This document shows positions 50,917 to 61,660 of a stretch of 64,000 nucleotides of DNA, in pieces. Below the pieces are notes generated by a model, which saw only the letters and a program-made list of their open reading frames with translations, was not told the origin of the DNA and did not search any database. Every line of letters starts with the position of its first letter. The stretch's first letter is position 1. Both the position numbers and the translations under genes were made by a program. This DNA comes from Patescibacteria group bacterium (GTDB taxonomy: Bacteria; Patescibacteriota; Patescibacteriia; Magasanikbacterales; GWA2-37-8), in assembly GCA_041649475.1 (NCBI GenBank), contig JBAZNA010000001.1:24895-88894 (forward strand), in the 5' to 3' direction.

Positions 50917-50954
50917 TGCTATAATATTTCTAGATATTCCCGCCCTCGCGGGAA
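50917..50954 (+). promoter_or_regulatory. Extended -10 promoter (TGcTATAAT) plus leader hairpin (TTCCCGC-cctc-GCGGGAA followed by a T-run) upstream of pilB
   Basis: Read directly in the 130-nt divergent region between rpsF and pilB. Confidence 0.45.
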
Positions 50955-50969
50955 TAAGAATATTTTTAT

Positions 50970-52700
50970 ATGCTCCCATCCACCGTTTTAAAAGATGTCA
51001 TAAAAAAATTCAGTTTGGCGCCTGCCTCCGCCATTCGTTCAGCCCAAGGCAAGGCCACCCAAGCGCACAAAAACCTTGAAGATATACTAATAAACGAGGG
51101 CATAATCAATGAAGCGGACCTCTATGAAAAAGCGGCGCAATATTTGGATATCCCGTTTATCAGCTTAAAAGGCCGGGAAATAAAAAAAGAAATCTTGAAC
51201 CTTATCCCCGGTCCGGTTGCCGGCACGCACCAGGTGGTTGCTTTTGATAAAGAAAAAGACGGGCTAAAATTGGCCATGACCGACCCTACCGACATCCAAA
51301 CCATAGAATTCTTGCATAGAAAAACCGGCCTGGAACCAAAAATATACATCACTCCTCCCGGCGATCTAAAAGAGGCCTTGCACCGATACCATGCCGAACT
51401 TGAAGAAGACCTGCGCGTGATCCAAGATGCTACCGGCGGCGGTGAAAGCGGTAAGGATTTAAAGAAAGCGGCCGAAGAAGTCCCTACCATAAACATCGTT
51501 AACAGTATTTTAGAACACGCCGTCTATGAAGGCGCGTCCGATATTCACATTGAACCGGCGGAAAAAGAAATCTCCGTCCGCTACCGGATAGACGGCATTT
51601 TAAAACAAATAATGACCCTGCCAAAAAATGTGCAAAACGGCATAATCGCCAGAGTCAAGATATTATCAAATCTAAAAATTGACGAGCACATGATCCCTCA
51701 AGACGGCCGGTTTAAGATTCAAATTCAGGATGAAAAACTGGCTTTCCGTATTTCCATAATTCCGGTTTATGACGGTGAAAAAATCGTCATGCGCTTGCTC
51801 CACGAAGGCGCAAAACCGCTAAGTTTAGACCAACTTGGCTTCCTGGAAAAACAAAGAACCATTATTGAGGCGGCCATTAAAAAGCCGCATGGCATGATTC
51901 TGGTTACCGGTCCAACCGGATCAGGTAAAACTACCACTCTATATTCAATCCTGGGCATCTTAAATCAACCGGGCGTTAATATTTTAACTATTGAAGACCC
52001 AATTGAGTATCGTCTCCCCGGAGTCAATCAAAGCCAGATCAATCCGAAAGTCGGTTTCACTTTTGCCTCCGGTCTGCGCGCCTTCCTGCGCCAAGACCCG
52101 AATATCATCATGGTCGGAGAAATCCGCGACCAGGAAACCGCTGAAATCGCCATCCACGCGGCCATGACCGGCCACCTGGTGCTTTCCACCTTGCACACCA
52201 ATGACGCTCCAACCACCGTTCCCCGCCTCATTGATATGGGCGTGCCGCCATTTTTGGTCGCTTACACCACCAACATCATCATGGCCCAGCGCTTGGTGCG
52301 CAAGATCTGCACCTACTGCAAAAAAGAATTCACGCTGGACAAGGCCTCGGCCGTTGAATTGGGAAAAGTGTTTGATGTAAAAAAGATGTCAACTCTTTTT
52401 AAAGACAACATCACCGGCAAAGACGCGGAGTCCTCAAATGACTTGGAAAAAATCAAATTTTATACCGGCGCCGGCTGCCACCGTTGCGGCCAAAGCGGTT
52501 TTAAAGGACGCGTCGGCATTTATGAAATTTTAGAAATTGACGAAGAGCTGATAAAAATGATTAATTCACACGCCACCGCGGAAGAAATAAAAAATTACGC
52601 CAGAGATAAAGGTATGATTACCATGCTTGAAGACGGATTAATTAAGGCAAAAACAGGCGTCACCACCATCAGTGAAATACTGCGGGTAACCAAAGAATAA
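50970..52700 (+). CDS. pilB: Type IV pilus assembly ATPase PilB (GspE family)
   Basis: Walker A GPTGSGKTTT, Asp box, His box, and a tetracysteine CxxC...CxxC motif. N-terminal GSPII_E_N-like domain. Confidence 0.9.
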   Translation: MLPSTVLKDVIKKFSLAPASAIRSAQGKATQAHKNLEDILINEGIINEADLYEKAAQYLDIPFISLKGREIKKEILNLIPGPVAGTHQVVAFDKEKDGLKLAMTDPTDIQTIEFLHRKTGLEPKIYITPPGDLKEALHRYHAELEEDLRVIQDATGGGESGKDLKKAAEEVPTINIVNSILEHAVYEGASDIHIEPAEKEISVRYRIDGILKQIMTLPKNVQNGIIARVKILSNLKIDEHMIPQDGRFKIQIQDEKLAFRISIIPVYDGEKIVMRLLHEGAKPLSLDQLGFLEKQRTIIEAAIKKPHGMILVTGPTGSGKTTTLYSILGILNQPGVNILTIEDPIEYRLPGVNQSQINPKVGFTFASGLRAFLRQDPNIIMVGEIRDQETAEIAIHAAMTGHLVLSTLHTNDAPTTVPRLIDMGVPPFLVAYTTNIIMAQRLVRKICTYCKKEFTLDKASAVELGKVFDVKKMSTLFKDNITGKDAESSNDLEKIKFYTGAGCHRCGQSGFKGRVGIYEILEIDEELIKMINSHATAEEIKNYARDKGMITMLEDGLIKAKTGVTTISEILRVTKE

Positions 52701-52716
52701 TTCACTCATTTCGATT

Positions 52717-53832
52717 ATGGCCGGAAAAATTAAAAAACCAAAAAAACTTTCCCCGTTTGAACAAAAATTGAATAAATGGGTCAGTGACCATCTTTCCAGA
52801 GTGCCAATCGTGGATAGAATTTTGTTTATCAGCCACATGAAAACCATGGTTAAAGCCGGGCTATCTCTAATTGACGCTTTAAAAATCTTAAGTGAAGAAA
52901 TAGGCAACAAAAAATTAAAAACGATTATCAGTGAAATCAAAGACGGGGTTGAAAAAGGCAAGCAACTAAGCGAGGTTTTGGCACAGTATCCAAAAGTTTT
53001 TCCGCATATTTATGTCAGTATGATAGAAGCCGGAGAAACCGCCGGCAAACTGGAAATGGCTTTAGACCAGGTGTCAACACAGATGAAAAAAAACCATGAA
53101 TTGTCTTCAAAAATTATGGGAGCCATGATGTACCCGGCCGTAATTGTCGCGGCTATGGTTGGCATCAGTATTGAGGTGGTATTTTTTATTCTGCCGAAAA
53201 TGATGGACATGTTTAAAGAATTTGACGCGCAGCTGCCGCTCGCAACCAGAATCTTAATCGCCTTTACCGACTTTACCATAAAATATGGCGTCTGGGTGCT
53301 GATAGGCCTGGTGCTTTTTATAATCCTTGCCATCTGGTTAATGAAAAAACCAAAAATTAAAAGGGTTATTCATGCCATGAATTTAAAACTTCCGGTCGCC
53401 GGCCCGATTATCAAAAAAATAAATTTGGCGCGTTTTACCTTAACTTTAAATTCTTTGCTGACCAGCACAATTCCAATTATTGACGCGGTGCGCATCTGCG
53501 CCGAAGTGCTTGGCAATGTAATTTACAGAGAAAATCTTTTGTATGTTTCCGAATCCCTGAAAAAAGGCGAAACCTTATCTGAAATTCTGGCGCGATTTCC
53601 CAAAACCTTTCCGCCAATGGTCACAGAAATGATTATGGTCGGCGAACGGTCCGGCCAAACCGAAGATATGCTTAAAGAACTGGCCGAATACTATGGAAAC
53701 GAAGTTGACACAACCATGAAAAATTTCACCACTATAATTGAACCGGTGATCATCCTGATTCTCGGCTTGGCTGTGGCTGGAATTGCTGTGGCGGTTATCA
53801 TGCCAATGTATTCATTGGCCCAAAATATTTAA
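52717..53832 (+). CDS. pilC: Type IV pilus platform protein PilC (GspF family)
   Basis: Two T2SSF repeats. Three TM segments. 371 aa. Confidence 0.85.
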   Translation: MAGKIKKPKKLSPFEQKLNKWVSDHLSRVPIVDRILFISHMKTMVKAGLSLIDALKILSEEIGNKKLKTIISEIKDGVEKGKQLSEVLAQYPKVFPHIYVSMIEAGETAGKLEMALDQVSTQMKKNHELSSKIMGAMMYPAVIVAAMVGISIEVVFFILPKMMDMFKEFDAQLPLATRILIAFTDFTIKYGVWVLIGLVLFIILAIWLMKKPKIKRVIHAMNLKLPVAGPIIKKINLARFTLTLNSLLTSTIPIIDAVRICAEVLGNVIYRENLLYVSESLKKGETLSEILARFPKTFPPMVTEMIMVGERSGQTEDMLKELAEYYGNEVDTTMKNFTTIIEPVIILILGLAVAGIAVAVIMPMYSLAQNI

Positions 53833-53846
53833 AAAAGATTAAGTTT

Positions 53847-54956
53847 ATGTTGCTCCGTAACCCCTTCGCCGGTGCCTTTGGAATAAATATCGGAGATCTG
53901 TCCATAAAACTGGTCCAAATTTTGCCTTGCCCGTTTTATAAAAGATGCGGGTATGTTTTAAAAGAAATCCGTTCCGCCAGCATCCCCCCGGGGCTGATTG
54001 TTGACGGTGAGATTCAACAACCCGAACCGGTCCGACAAAAATTGTTGTTTCTGCTCGGCCGTGGCGACCATAAATATAAACCCATAAAATCAACCTGGGT
54101 GGTGGCCAGTTTGCCCGAAACAAAAACCTTTTTAAAGCTGATTGAAGTTGAAATTGACGGCACTGATTTATCTTCGGTGGATATTGCCTATCAAGCCAAA
54201 AAGCATCTGCCTTTTGAGTTGGAAGAAACCTACTTGGATTGGCAAATAGTTAATACCGATACAAAAGAAAATACGGCTCAAATTTTAATTGGAGCCGTGC
54301 CAAAAGTGATTGCCGATTCCTACACGTTCCTGCTTGAAAGTGCGGGCCTTAATCCGATTGCTTTAGAAATAGAAGCCATTTCCATAGCCCGATCAATGAT
54401 TACGGAAGATAAAGATTATACCGGTGAAGCCAGAGCGCTTTTAGATCTTGGCGGCACCAGATCAAGTTTGCTTATATACGACAACAAAAGCATACAATTT
54501 TCAACGACCTTAAAATTTTCAGGCGAACTGGTAACTTCAGCCGTAGAATTGGGCTTAAAACTTGAACGCCATCAAGCCGAGGTGTTAAAGATTAATAACG
54601 GCCTGGCTTTTGACCAAAAAAATCCAAAATATCTGCCGATTGTTTCTAAGTTGGCTGAAAATTTAATAGAAGAAATCAAAACAAATTTTCTTTTTTATAA
54701 AGAACATTTCAAAAATCCGAATAAAATCAACCATATTACCATGTGCGGCGGGATGAGCAATTGGAAAGGAATAGATAACCTGGTCTCGCGAAAATTAAAA
54801 ATAGCGACTCACCCTGGCCACCCTTGGAAAAACCTGTTCAACCGGGGGTTATACAGTTTTGATCAGGAAAAAAGCTTGGGCTTCGCCTCTTCCATAGGCC
54901 TGGCCCTAAAAGCGGCTAAAAATCCATTTGAAGACGGAACCAAAACCATAAGATAA
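53847..54956 (+). CDS. pilM: Type IV pilus assembly protein PilM (actin-like ATPase fold)
   Basis: Follows pilC. LDLGGTRSSLLIYD phosphate-1-like motif. Confidence 0.75.
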   Translation: MLLRNPFAGAFGINIGDLSIKLVQILPCPFYKRCGYVLKEIRSASIPPGLIVDGEIQQPEPVRQKLLFLLGRGDHKYKPIKSTWVVASLPETKTFLKLIEVEIDGTDLSSVDIAYQAKKHLPFELEETYLDWQIVNTDTKENTAQILIGAVPKVIADSYTFLLESAGLNPIALEIEAISIARSMITEDKDYTGEARALLDLGGTRSSLLIYDNKSIQFSTTLKFSGELVTSAVELGLKLERHQAEVLKINNGLAFDQKNPKYLPIVSKLAENLIEEIKTNFLFYKEHFKNPNKINHITMCGGMSNWKGIDNLVSRKLKIATHPGHPWKNLFNRGLYSFDQEKSLGFASSIGLALKAAKNPFEDGTKTIR

Positions 54957-54960
54957 CGCT

Positions 54961-55548
54961 ATGATGAATATAAATTTGAATCTATTGCCGCCGCCTAAAA
55001 AATCCAGATTGGAATATGTGCTGAATTTTTTGATGACCAAAGATATATTAGAAATCGTTATTATTGTGTTCGCCACTCTGGCCATAACCTTAATCTGGAG
55101 CTGGATGATTTTGGAAAATCAATACGCTGACTTGGTATCCAGCGCCGTTTTAGTAAACCGCGATTCCTATTCATACAATAAAGACGTAAAAATTGTTAAC
55201 GACGCCGTTGGTGAAATAATCAAGATCAGCAGAGAATACGGCATTATCACCCCGAAACTTACCGAGCTTATTTCCGATCTGCCGCCCGATATTAAAATCA
55301 ATTCCATGCAGTTTGACAGAACAAGTCAAAATTTAATCTTATCCGGAACCGCCAAAACCAGAGAGGCGTTGCTTAATTTTCAAAGCAAACTCCAGAGCAT
55401 AACCTGGTTAAGCGGAATTGAAACACCCGCTTCCCAACTTTTTCAAAAAGAAAACATTAATTTTCAGTTTACGTCCGGTCTCAAGGGCTTGCCGCCAATT
55501 GGCAGCAAAGAACCATCCAGATCGGCCCCAGCAGATTCAGACCTATGA
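54961..55548 (+). CDS. pilN: PilN-like pilus assembly protein (single TM)
   Basis: N-terminal MMNINLNLLPP and one TM. Position after pilM. Confidence 0.6.
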   Translation: MMNINLNLLPPPKKSRLEYVLNFLMTKDILEIVIIVFATLAITLIWSWMILENQYADLVSSAVLVNRDSYSYNKDVKIVNDAVGEIIKISREYGIITPKLTELISDLPPDIKINSMQFDRTSQNLILSGTAKTREALLNFQSKLQSITWLSGIETPASQLFQKENINFQFTSGLKGLPPIGSKEPSRSAPADSDL

Positions 55549-56084
55549 AGCTTGATTTAACCAAAAGAACAATTTTAAAGGTTGGCATACTGGCGCTCGC
55601 AGTTCTAATAATTGCTTTCGGAATTTTCTGGCCGACCACTTATTATATTCAAAAAATAAACGACCAAACGTCTCAATTGCGCGCCTTCTTGGAAGAAAAA
55701 TACCAGCAAACGCTCCGTTCCAGAGTCACCAGAAAACGGCTGACTGAAATCAAGAGTACCCTGCCTGATTTGCAGTCGCATATCTTTAAAAAAGGCAACG
55801 AGTTACAATTAATCACCTACCTTGAAAATCTTTCCGCCAAACACAAATTAACCCAGGCCATAAATAATTCCGATCTTGATAAAATCACCAATAATAAAAT
55901 AACTATCGCCATGACCCTTTCCGGAGATTATTTAAATATCCTGAACTATACGACTGATTTGGAATCCTCAATTTATTTCTTAAACATTGAACAATTCCAG
56001 ATAACGCCGGTTTTTACCAGAAATGGCGACCTAACCTCGCAAGTCAGTTTGAACTTAACGCTCGGCATGTATGTCAGCCAATAA
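55545..56084 (+). CDS. pilO: PilO-like pilus assembly protein (single TM)
   Basis: One TM plus coiled region. 4-nt overlap with pilN. Confidence 0.55.
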   Translation: MKLDLTKRTILKVGILALAVLIIAFGIFWPTTYYIQKINDQTSQLRAFLEEKYQQTLRSRVTRKRLTEIKSTLPDLQSHIFKKGNELQLITYLENLSAKHKLTQAINNSDLDKITNNKITIAMTLSGDYLNILNYTTDLESSIYFLNIEQFQITPVFTRNGDLTSQVSLNLTLGMYVSQ

Positions 56085-56421
56085 AAAAATTAAAACACCA
56101 TTCCTGGTAACCTACACGGGCAAATACGCCTTGTGGAGATTTATTAATATAATTATCATGGGCGCGCTGATCGGCGGCGCTTTGCTCACCTATGTTTTTA
56201 TTTATCAAAACATCTATACTACCATCTCCAATACCTACGCCATCACCGAACTGAATGCAAATATAAACTGGACCACCCTAAATTCCCAAGATTATACAAA
56301 AGCGCAGGACATACTTAAACAAAAGGCGGAAATAAAACAAATTTCACGCACGATCAGAAATATATTTTCTTATGCCGGCTCATCAATACCAACCAGTTCA
56401 ACCAGCACAATCAGCCAATAA
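56071..56421 (+). CDS. Small membrane protein at the end of the pilMNO cluster (possible PilP analogue)
   Basis: 116 aa with one TM. Overlaps pilO by 14 nt. Confidence 0.4.
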   Translation: MSANKKIKTPFLVTYTGKYALWRFINIIIMGALIGGALLTYVFIYQNIYTTISNTYAITELNANINWTTLNSQDYTKAQDILKQKAEIKQISRTIRNIFSYAGSSIPTSSTSTISQ

Positions 56422-57601
56422 GAGTCGTGACTGCGCGTACTGGTTTGTTTTGGGGCGCGAATCACTTATCGCCGCGGCAGAACTGCACGCGGTTTTAAAT
56501 TTGAGCGAGTACAAATTCGCACCGCCGATTTTACAAGCTGTTTTAAACAAATTTGACGCCAAAAAACTGATTACAGAATTCGGCGGCACTATTAAAATTG
56601 CCGAAGAAATCGGCGGCGGCTTAAGTGAAGAACAAATGGCCGATCTGATAGCGCGCGAGCTTGAAACAGTTGAAGGAAAAATCAATTTCGGTTTGAGTTT
56701 TTATTCGCAAGGTGAAAAATCAGAGCAGATGTCTTGGGTGAAAAAATTTGGCTTAAATATAAAGAAAAAATTGAAAGCCGAGGGGTATTCAGTCCGGTAT
56801 GTTGAGAACCGCGAACCGGTTTTGTCTTCGGTCACGGTTGATAAAAATGGGCTGACTGAACGCGGACGGGAATTTTTAATTACAACTGGAACATCTGGCG
56901 CACGGCAATTCACAGTAGCCAAAACTTTGGCTGTTCAGCCATTTGAAGAATTCAGTTTCCGCGACTTTGGCCGGCCCGGACGAGACGACTTAAGCGGTAT
57001 GCTGCCGCCAAAGCTGGCCATGATGATGATAAATTTAGCCCAGTGCCCGAAAGACGGGGTTTTGCTGGATCCTTTCTGCGGATCAGGCACAATTTTAACC
57101 GAGGCGATGTTGTTGGAGTATGAAAATTTGATTGGCGCGGACAATTCCGAAAAAGCGATCAGCGACACGCAAAAAAATATAGAATGGATTAAAGATAAAT
57201 TTGAAGTCGGGGCCAGTAAGGTGGAGATTTTTCAAAATGATATAAAAAATCTATCAAAAAAAGTTAAGGGCGGTGTAAGCGCGATTGTAACTGAACCTTT
57301 TTTAGGCAACCCGCTCAAAGGTTATGAAACCCAAAGCCAGCTTGTCGTGCAAATGGCCGAACTGAAAGAATTATATCTGGCTTCATTTAAAGAATTTTAT
57401 AAAATCTTAAAGCCGGGCGGGGTTGTTGTGTTTATTATCCCCTGTTTCAGATATAAAAACGAATGGCTGAAAATAAACTGCGAAAATGAAATAAAAAAAA
57501 TCGGTTTTGCAACCGAAAAACTTTTTGAAAATCACACTTCATTATTATACGCCCGCCCGGACCAAAAAATTGGCCGGGAAATCTGGAGATTCAGGCGCTG
57601 A
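56372..57601 (+). CDS. THUMP-like N-terminal domain plus SAM-dependent N6-adenine/N2-guanine-type RNA methyltransferase (UPF0020/Trm11/RlmL-like)
   Basis: LDPFCGSGTIL (motif I) and VTEPFLG (motif IV, NPPY-like). The listed ATG overlaps the previous gene by 50 nt; a TTG at 56447 is an alternative start. Confidence 0.6.
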   Translation: MPAHQYQPVQPAQSANKSRDCAYWFVLGRESLIAAAELHAVLNLSEYKFAPPILQAVLNKFDAKKLITEFGGTIKIAEEIGGGLSEEQMADLIARELETVEGKINFGLSFYSQGEKSEQMSWVKKFGLNIKKKLKAEGYSVRYVENREPVLSSVTVDKNGLTERGREFLITTGTSGARQFTVAKTLAVQPFEEFSFRDFGRPGRDDLSGMLPPKLAMMMINLAQCPKDGVLLDPFCGSGTILTEAMLLEYENLIGADNSEKAISDTQKNIEWIKDKFEVGASKVEIFQNDIKNLSKKVKGGVSAIVTEPFLGNPLKGYETQSQLVVQMAELKELYLASFKEFYKILKPGGVVVFIIPCFRYKNEWLKINCENEIKKIGFATEKLFENHTSLLYARPDQKIGREIWRFRR

Positions 57602-58664
57602 TGTGAAAATAGCAAACGTCTCCGTCTTTCACCACATAATCTTTGCCTTCTAAACGCACCTTCCCGGTTTCTTTTATTTTGCTCCAGCCGCCAAACTCAA
57701 TAAAATCCTTCCAGTTCACCACATCAGCTTTGACAAAGCCCTTAATAAAATCAGTATGAATCACACCGGCGGCCTGCGGGGCCTTAGCCCCCTTCTTTAT
57801 TGTCCAGGCACGAGTTTCCGGCTCGCCTGAAGTCAAAAATGTCACCAAATCCAACAGTTTATAGCTGGCAGTAATCAGCTTGTCTAAACCGGTTTCAGTC
57901 ATGCCTAATTCTTTCAAATACCCTCTGGCGTCTTCGTCACTTAATTCGGCCAGCTCGGCTTCTAATTTAGCGCTGATCTGAATTTGGGCCGTACCTTTTT
58001 GATCTAATGCCGGCGCTGTGCCGGGCTTTTCGTCCGAATTTATTACATACAGCATCGGTTTCATTGTCAGAAGCTGGGTTTCTTTCATCCAAACGGTCTC
58101 GTCTTCATTATATTCCAAATCCCGCGCCGGTTTACCGGCTTCCAGTTGTGCGTTAACCCTTTCAAACAGTTCAATCTGTTTAACAAAATCCTTAGCCGCC
58201 GCGCCTTTGGCTGATCTTTTTAAATTATCCAATTTTTTGGAAACGGTTTGTAAATCTGCCAGGGCCAATTCTAAATTTATAACATCCGCGTCTTCTTTCG
58301 GATCCACTTTATTATTCACATGAATTACATTGCTATCAGAAAACGCCCGCACCACCTGCACAATCGCATCCACTTCGCGGATATGTGACAAAAACTTATT
58401 ACCCAAGCCCTCCCCTTCGGACGCGCCCTTCACCAACCCGGCAATATCCACGAACTCAATCACGGTGGGGATGATTTTTTTTGAATCTGAAACCTTGGCC
58501 AACTGTGCCAGCCGAAAATCAGGCACCTCAACCACACCCACATTTGGGTCTATGGTGCAAAACGGATAATTTTGCGCGTCTGCCTGCTTTGAGCGCGTGA
58601 GCGCGTTAAACAAAGTGGATTTTCCCACATTGGGCAGGCCGACGATGCCGACGGAGAGAGACAT
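57591..58664 (-). CDS. ychF: Ribosome-binding ATPase YchF (Obg-family GTPase)
   Basis: [19 protein letters not shown]1 motif. TGS-like C-terminus. Start trimmed to MSLSVGIVG. Confidence 0.9.
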   Translation of the reverse strand: MSLSVGIVGLPNVGKSTLFNALTRSKQADAQNYPFCTIDPNVGVVEVPDFRLAQLAKVSDSKKIIPTVIEFVDIAGLVKGASEGEGLGNKFLSHIREVDAIVQVVRAFSDSNVIHVNNKVDPKEDADVINLELALADLQTVSKKLDNLKRSAKGAAAKDFVKQIELFERVNAQLEAGKPARDLEYNEDETVWMKETQLLTMKPMLYVINSDEKPGTAPALDQKGTAQIQISAKLEAELAELSDEDARGYLKELGMTETGLDKLITASYKLLDLVTFLTSGEPETRAWTIKKGAKAPQAAGVIHTDFIKGFVKADVVNWKDFIEFGGWSKIKETGKVRLEGKDYVVKDGDVCYFHISA

Positions 58665-58698
58665 ATTTTTTAAATAAGGCGCGAACAACGCGCCTTTG

Positions 58699-58772
58699 TG
58701 GACCTTATGGGATTTGAACCCATGACCTCTTCCATGCCATGGAAGCGCTCTAGCCAGCTGAGCTAAAGGCCC
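58699..58772 (-). tRNA. tRNA-Ala (anticodon GGC)
   Basis: Acceptor GGGCCTT/AAGGTCC with the G3.U70 Ala identity pair. Anticodon loop ATGGCAT. T-loop TTCAAAT. Confidence 0.75.
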
Positions 58773-58813
58773 AAACTAAATCTCTACAAATATACTTGGA
58801 AATTACAGTAATG

Positions 58814-61660
58814 TCAATGTTTCTTCAACTCCACATCCGGCGCCACGGCCTCTGAATTCTTCCCGTGCAAATCAATATTTTCCGTCTTATGCGGCTGATA
58901 ATCCTTGTGCTCGTAGGTTATATAGTAACTGTCATCACCGGCCAAAAATGAATACCTACCCTTATTATCTGTCACCTGGGTTGAAACCAATTTATTAAAT
59001 TGCGAATTAAACAACCGGGCCACAACTCGGCCAATCGGTTGTTTATTGGCATCATTATAAACAATACCCCAACTCTTTGTCTTCGGTGGCATAGACAGCC
59101 GTCTAAATAAGAAAAACAATATAATATGAACGGCCAAAAGCGCGCCAATATACCATTTGGGAGATATGTATAATGAAATGGCAGTCACTATCAAACCCAA
59201 CCAGGACAAAACAACCTGCAATTTACGGCCAATGCTTTCCCAAATCAATCTGGACGGCCGTTTATACTCACCAGCCGGATCAAGCGGTATATTCACAGTA
59301 ACGGACGCGCCGGAGTCGGTAACCTCTATCACCTCCCCGTGATAAATATCAACCTTCTGCCCATCGCTTTGAAACCCGGCCAAAAGCGCGGACGGGAAAA
59401 CAAAATTATTTTTTACAACTTCAATTTTATATTTTCCCGAATCAACAATAAAAATATAATGCCCTTGCGCGTCTGTCACTTTTGATTGCACCAGCTTATT
59501 ATTTTCTATATTTATTAAACGAACAATAGCCAAATCAACCGGCAACTTGTTCAAAGAATTGTACACCATTCCCCACTTCTCGCGTTTCTTGCCGCCAAAC
59601 AACAATAGTGGCTGTAAAAACAACAAACGCAAGAGCGGTAAAAGATCTATCCATGATATTAATGGGATCGCCCCGATTGCCACCACCGCGATCGCGGTCG
59701 GCACCACGACCTGTTGGTTGGTCTGCTGAACTACCGGATTTTGCACCACTTCATTTATTTTTTGGACAGTGACTTCGGAAATGGCCTTGGTCTGCGCGAG
59801 AATATTCTTAGCAACCACAACCGCGTTTTCTGCAAGCGGTGCTTCTGGTTTTATATCTTCCAACAACTTTGGCGGTCTTTTTATCAAACTAACCCGGCTA
59901 TTAATTGTATTATTGCTAACATTTAAAGACGAAATGGACGCATCATAATATCCGTCTTTGCTAAAAGAAAGTGAATACGCCCCGTTTGGAACCATCCAGC
60001 CAAAAGCGCCACCAGCCCCGCTAACCAACGGGTTAAGCTCTCCATACTGATCAACTGAAACAGTTGACCCGTTTGTCCGTAACAGTGTTACATTAACATC
60101 AGGGAGCGCGTTGCCAGAATTATCACTAACCACGCCCCAAGGCAAACCATTCAATTTAAAGCCAACCGAATCCAACTGGCCGGAGCCATAATCAATTTCC
60201 ACATAGGCCTGAAAATTTTGCCAGCTGGGAAAAGAAAAATTAGAAAAATATACCTTAGAACCGGAATCATAAACAAACTGATGCTGGTCGGTGCCGATCT
60301 TCACCACCATGCTCTGTGGGTTCATGGCCAAAACATTAGCCGGCACTCCAACACTTAAGGTTATACCGGCCAAACTTGAAAAAATATCGCCGCTTGGAAC
60401 CAACCTGATTTGCCTATTGCCCACCAAAAAAAGCAAATCGCTTAAATTGATTCTTAAAAATGTCGGCACCGATGATTCCGGCGGTTTCTCGGTTTCCGGC
60501 GGCTGCTCCGGAGGCGTAGTGGTTGGCGGAGGCGTAATTTGGCAGTTTGGCGCGCTTATACACACCGGATCATTACAATCAACTAAGCCATTCTCATCAT
60601 CATCCATGCCATTATTACAAATTTCCACTTTAATTGGCGGAGGAATAATCGTTGGCAATCTCCCGCTTCTAAAAACTCCAGGGCTGTAATTTTCGGAAGT
60701 GTCAAAAGAAAAAATTGTGTAAAAATAATCGATATCTTTAGCCGGATTTGTATCATTAAAAAATTCCCCGGTTCCGGTGTATAGCAGGGTGCCGTCTGAA
60801 ATGTTTGCAGACGGCGAACCGATCTTTCTAACTACTTTAACGCCGGCAAAATCCGGCACACTACCCAAACTTGGATTTTCCCAAGTCAAATTTATTGAAT
60901 TGGTAGTCGTGGTTAAATTAACATTAGAAACATCCGGAGGCGGAATCGTATCCTTATTAGTTTTAAAAACTGCGTCTGCAGTGCTCGTACTGCTACCATA
61001 ACTATTTGTGGAAATTATCCTAAAATGATAAGTCGTATCCGGTATCAGGCCGGAAAGATTAATACTGTGAACGAGAATTAAGGCGCTCTCTGAAACAGTA
61101 TTACCATAAGCTGAAGTCAGGCCGTAATTTACCTGGCTATCGGCCTGCTGGTCTGTCACCCAATTTATGGTGGCAGTGGTCATCCCAACCAGGACTTGTA
61201 CAAAACTGATATTTGGCGCCGGATGCGATAATGATAAAGTTTGAAATGTCCCGGTGTAAACAGTCGTCTGCGAAGCGGTGTCGGTAACGGAAATTTTAAA
61301 GTAATATAAGGTTGCATCAGTTAAACCGGACAAACTCACGCCATAAGTTCCAACCACAGTTCCTGAATTACCATAAATCAGCGAGGTGCCGTAAACAAAA
61401 CTAACAGTGGTGATACCATGATCATCGGTGGCGCTCCAGCTTATATCAGCCGATGAGAAGGAAGTTGAAGTGGTAACACCGGAAATAACCGGGGCATTAT
61501 CTGTCGGCGGTGTTACCTCTCCCCCGCCAGAGTTGCCCTGTGGTACAGTTAACTGAACATTAATATCACTATTGGTGGTTTCGGCAAAAACCGGAGTAAA
61601 ACAAAGTATGCCCAGCACTGCCAGTAAAAATACATGCTTGATTTTGAACCCAAATTTCAT
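58814..61660 (-). CDS. Large (948 aa) secreted surface protein with FN3-like domains and two TM-anchored carboxypeptidase-regulatory-like C-terminal repeats
   Basis: Signal peptide. Several SWSATDDHGIT...YYFKISVTD fibronectin-III-like units. Pro-rich linker PPTTTPPEQPPETEKPPE. Two TM + KWG(M/I)VYN...VTD..G.Y...D..Y repeats. Confidence 0.6.
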   Translation of the reverse strand: MKFGFKIKHVFLLAVLGILCFTPVFAETTNSDINVQLTVPQGNSGGGEVTPPTDNAPVISGVTTSTSFSSADISWSATDDHGITTVSFVYGTSLIYGNSGTVVGTYGVSLSGLTDATLYYFKISVTDTASQTTVYTGTFQTLSLSHPAPNISFVQVLVGMTTATINWVTDQQADSQVNYGLTSAYGNTVSESALILVHSINLSGLIPDTTYHFRIISTNSYGSSTSTADAVFKTNKDTIPPPDVSNVNLTTTTNSINLTWENPSLGSVPDFAGVKVVRKIGSPSANISDGTLLYTGTGEFFNDTNPAKDIDYFYTIFSFDTSENYSPGVFRSGRLPTIIPPPIKVEICNNGMDDDENGLVDCNDPVCISAPNCQITPPPTTTPPEQPPETEKPPESSVPTFLRINLSDLLFLVGNRQIRLVPSGDIFSSLAGITLSVGVPANVLAMNPQSMVVKIGTDQHQFVYDSGSKVYFSNFSFPSWQNFQAYVEIDYGSGQLDSVGFKLNGLPWGVVSDNSGNALPDVNVTLLRTNGSTVSVDQYGELNPLVSGAGGAFGWMVPNGAYSLSFSKDGYYDASISSLNVSNNTINSRVSLIKRPPKLLEDIKPEAPLAENAVVVAKNILAQTKAISEVTVQKINEVVQNPVVQQTNQQVVVPTAIAVVAIGAIPLISWIDLLPLLRLLFLQPLLLFGGKKREKWGMVYNSLNKLPVDLAIVRLINIENNKLVQSKVTDAQGHYIFIVDSGKYKIEVVKNNFVFPSALLAGFQSDGQKVDIYHGEVIEVTDSGASVTVNIPLDPAGEYKRPSRLIWESIGRKLQVVLSWLGLIVTAISLYISPKWYIGALLAVHIILFFLFRRLSMPPKTKSWGIVYNDANKQPIGRVVARLFNSQFNKLVSTQVTDNKGRYSFLAGDDSYYITYEHKDYQPHKTENIDLHGKNSEAVAPDVELKKH

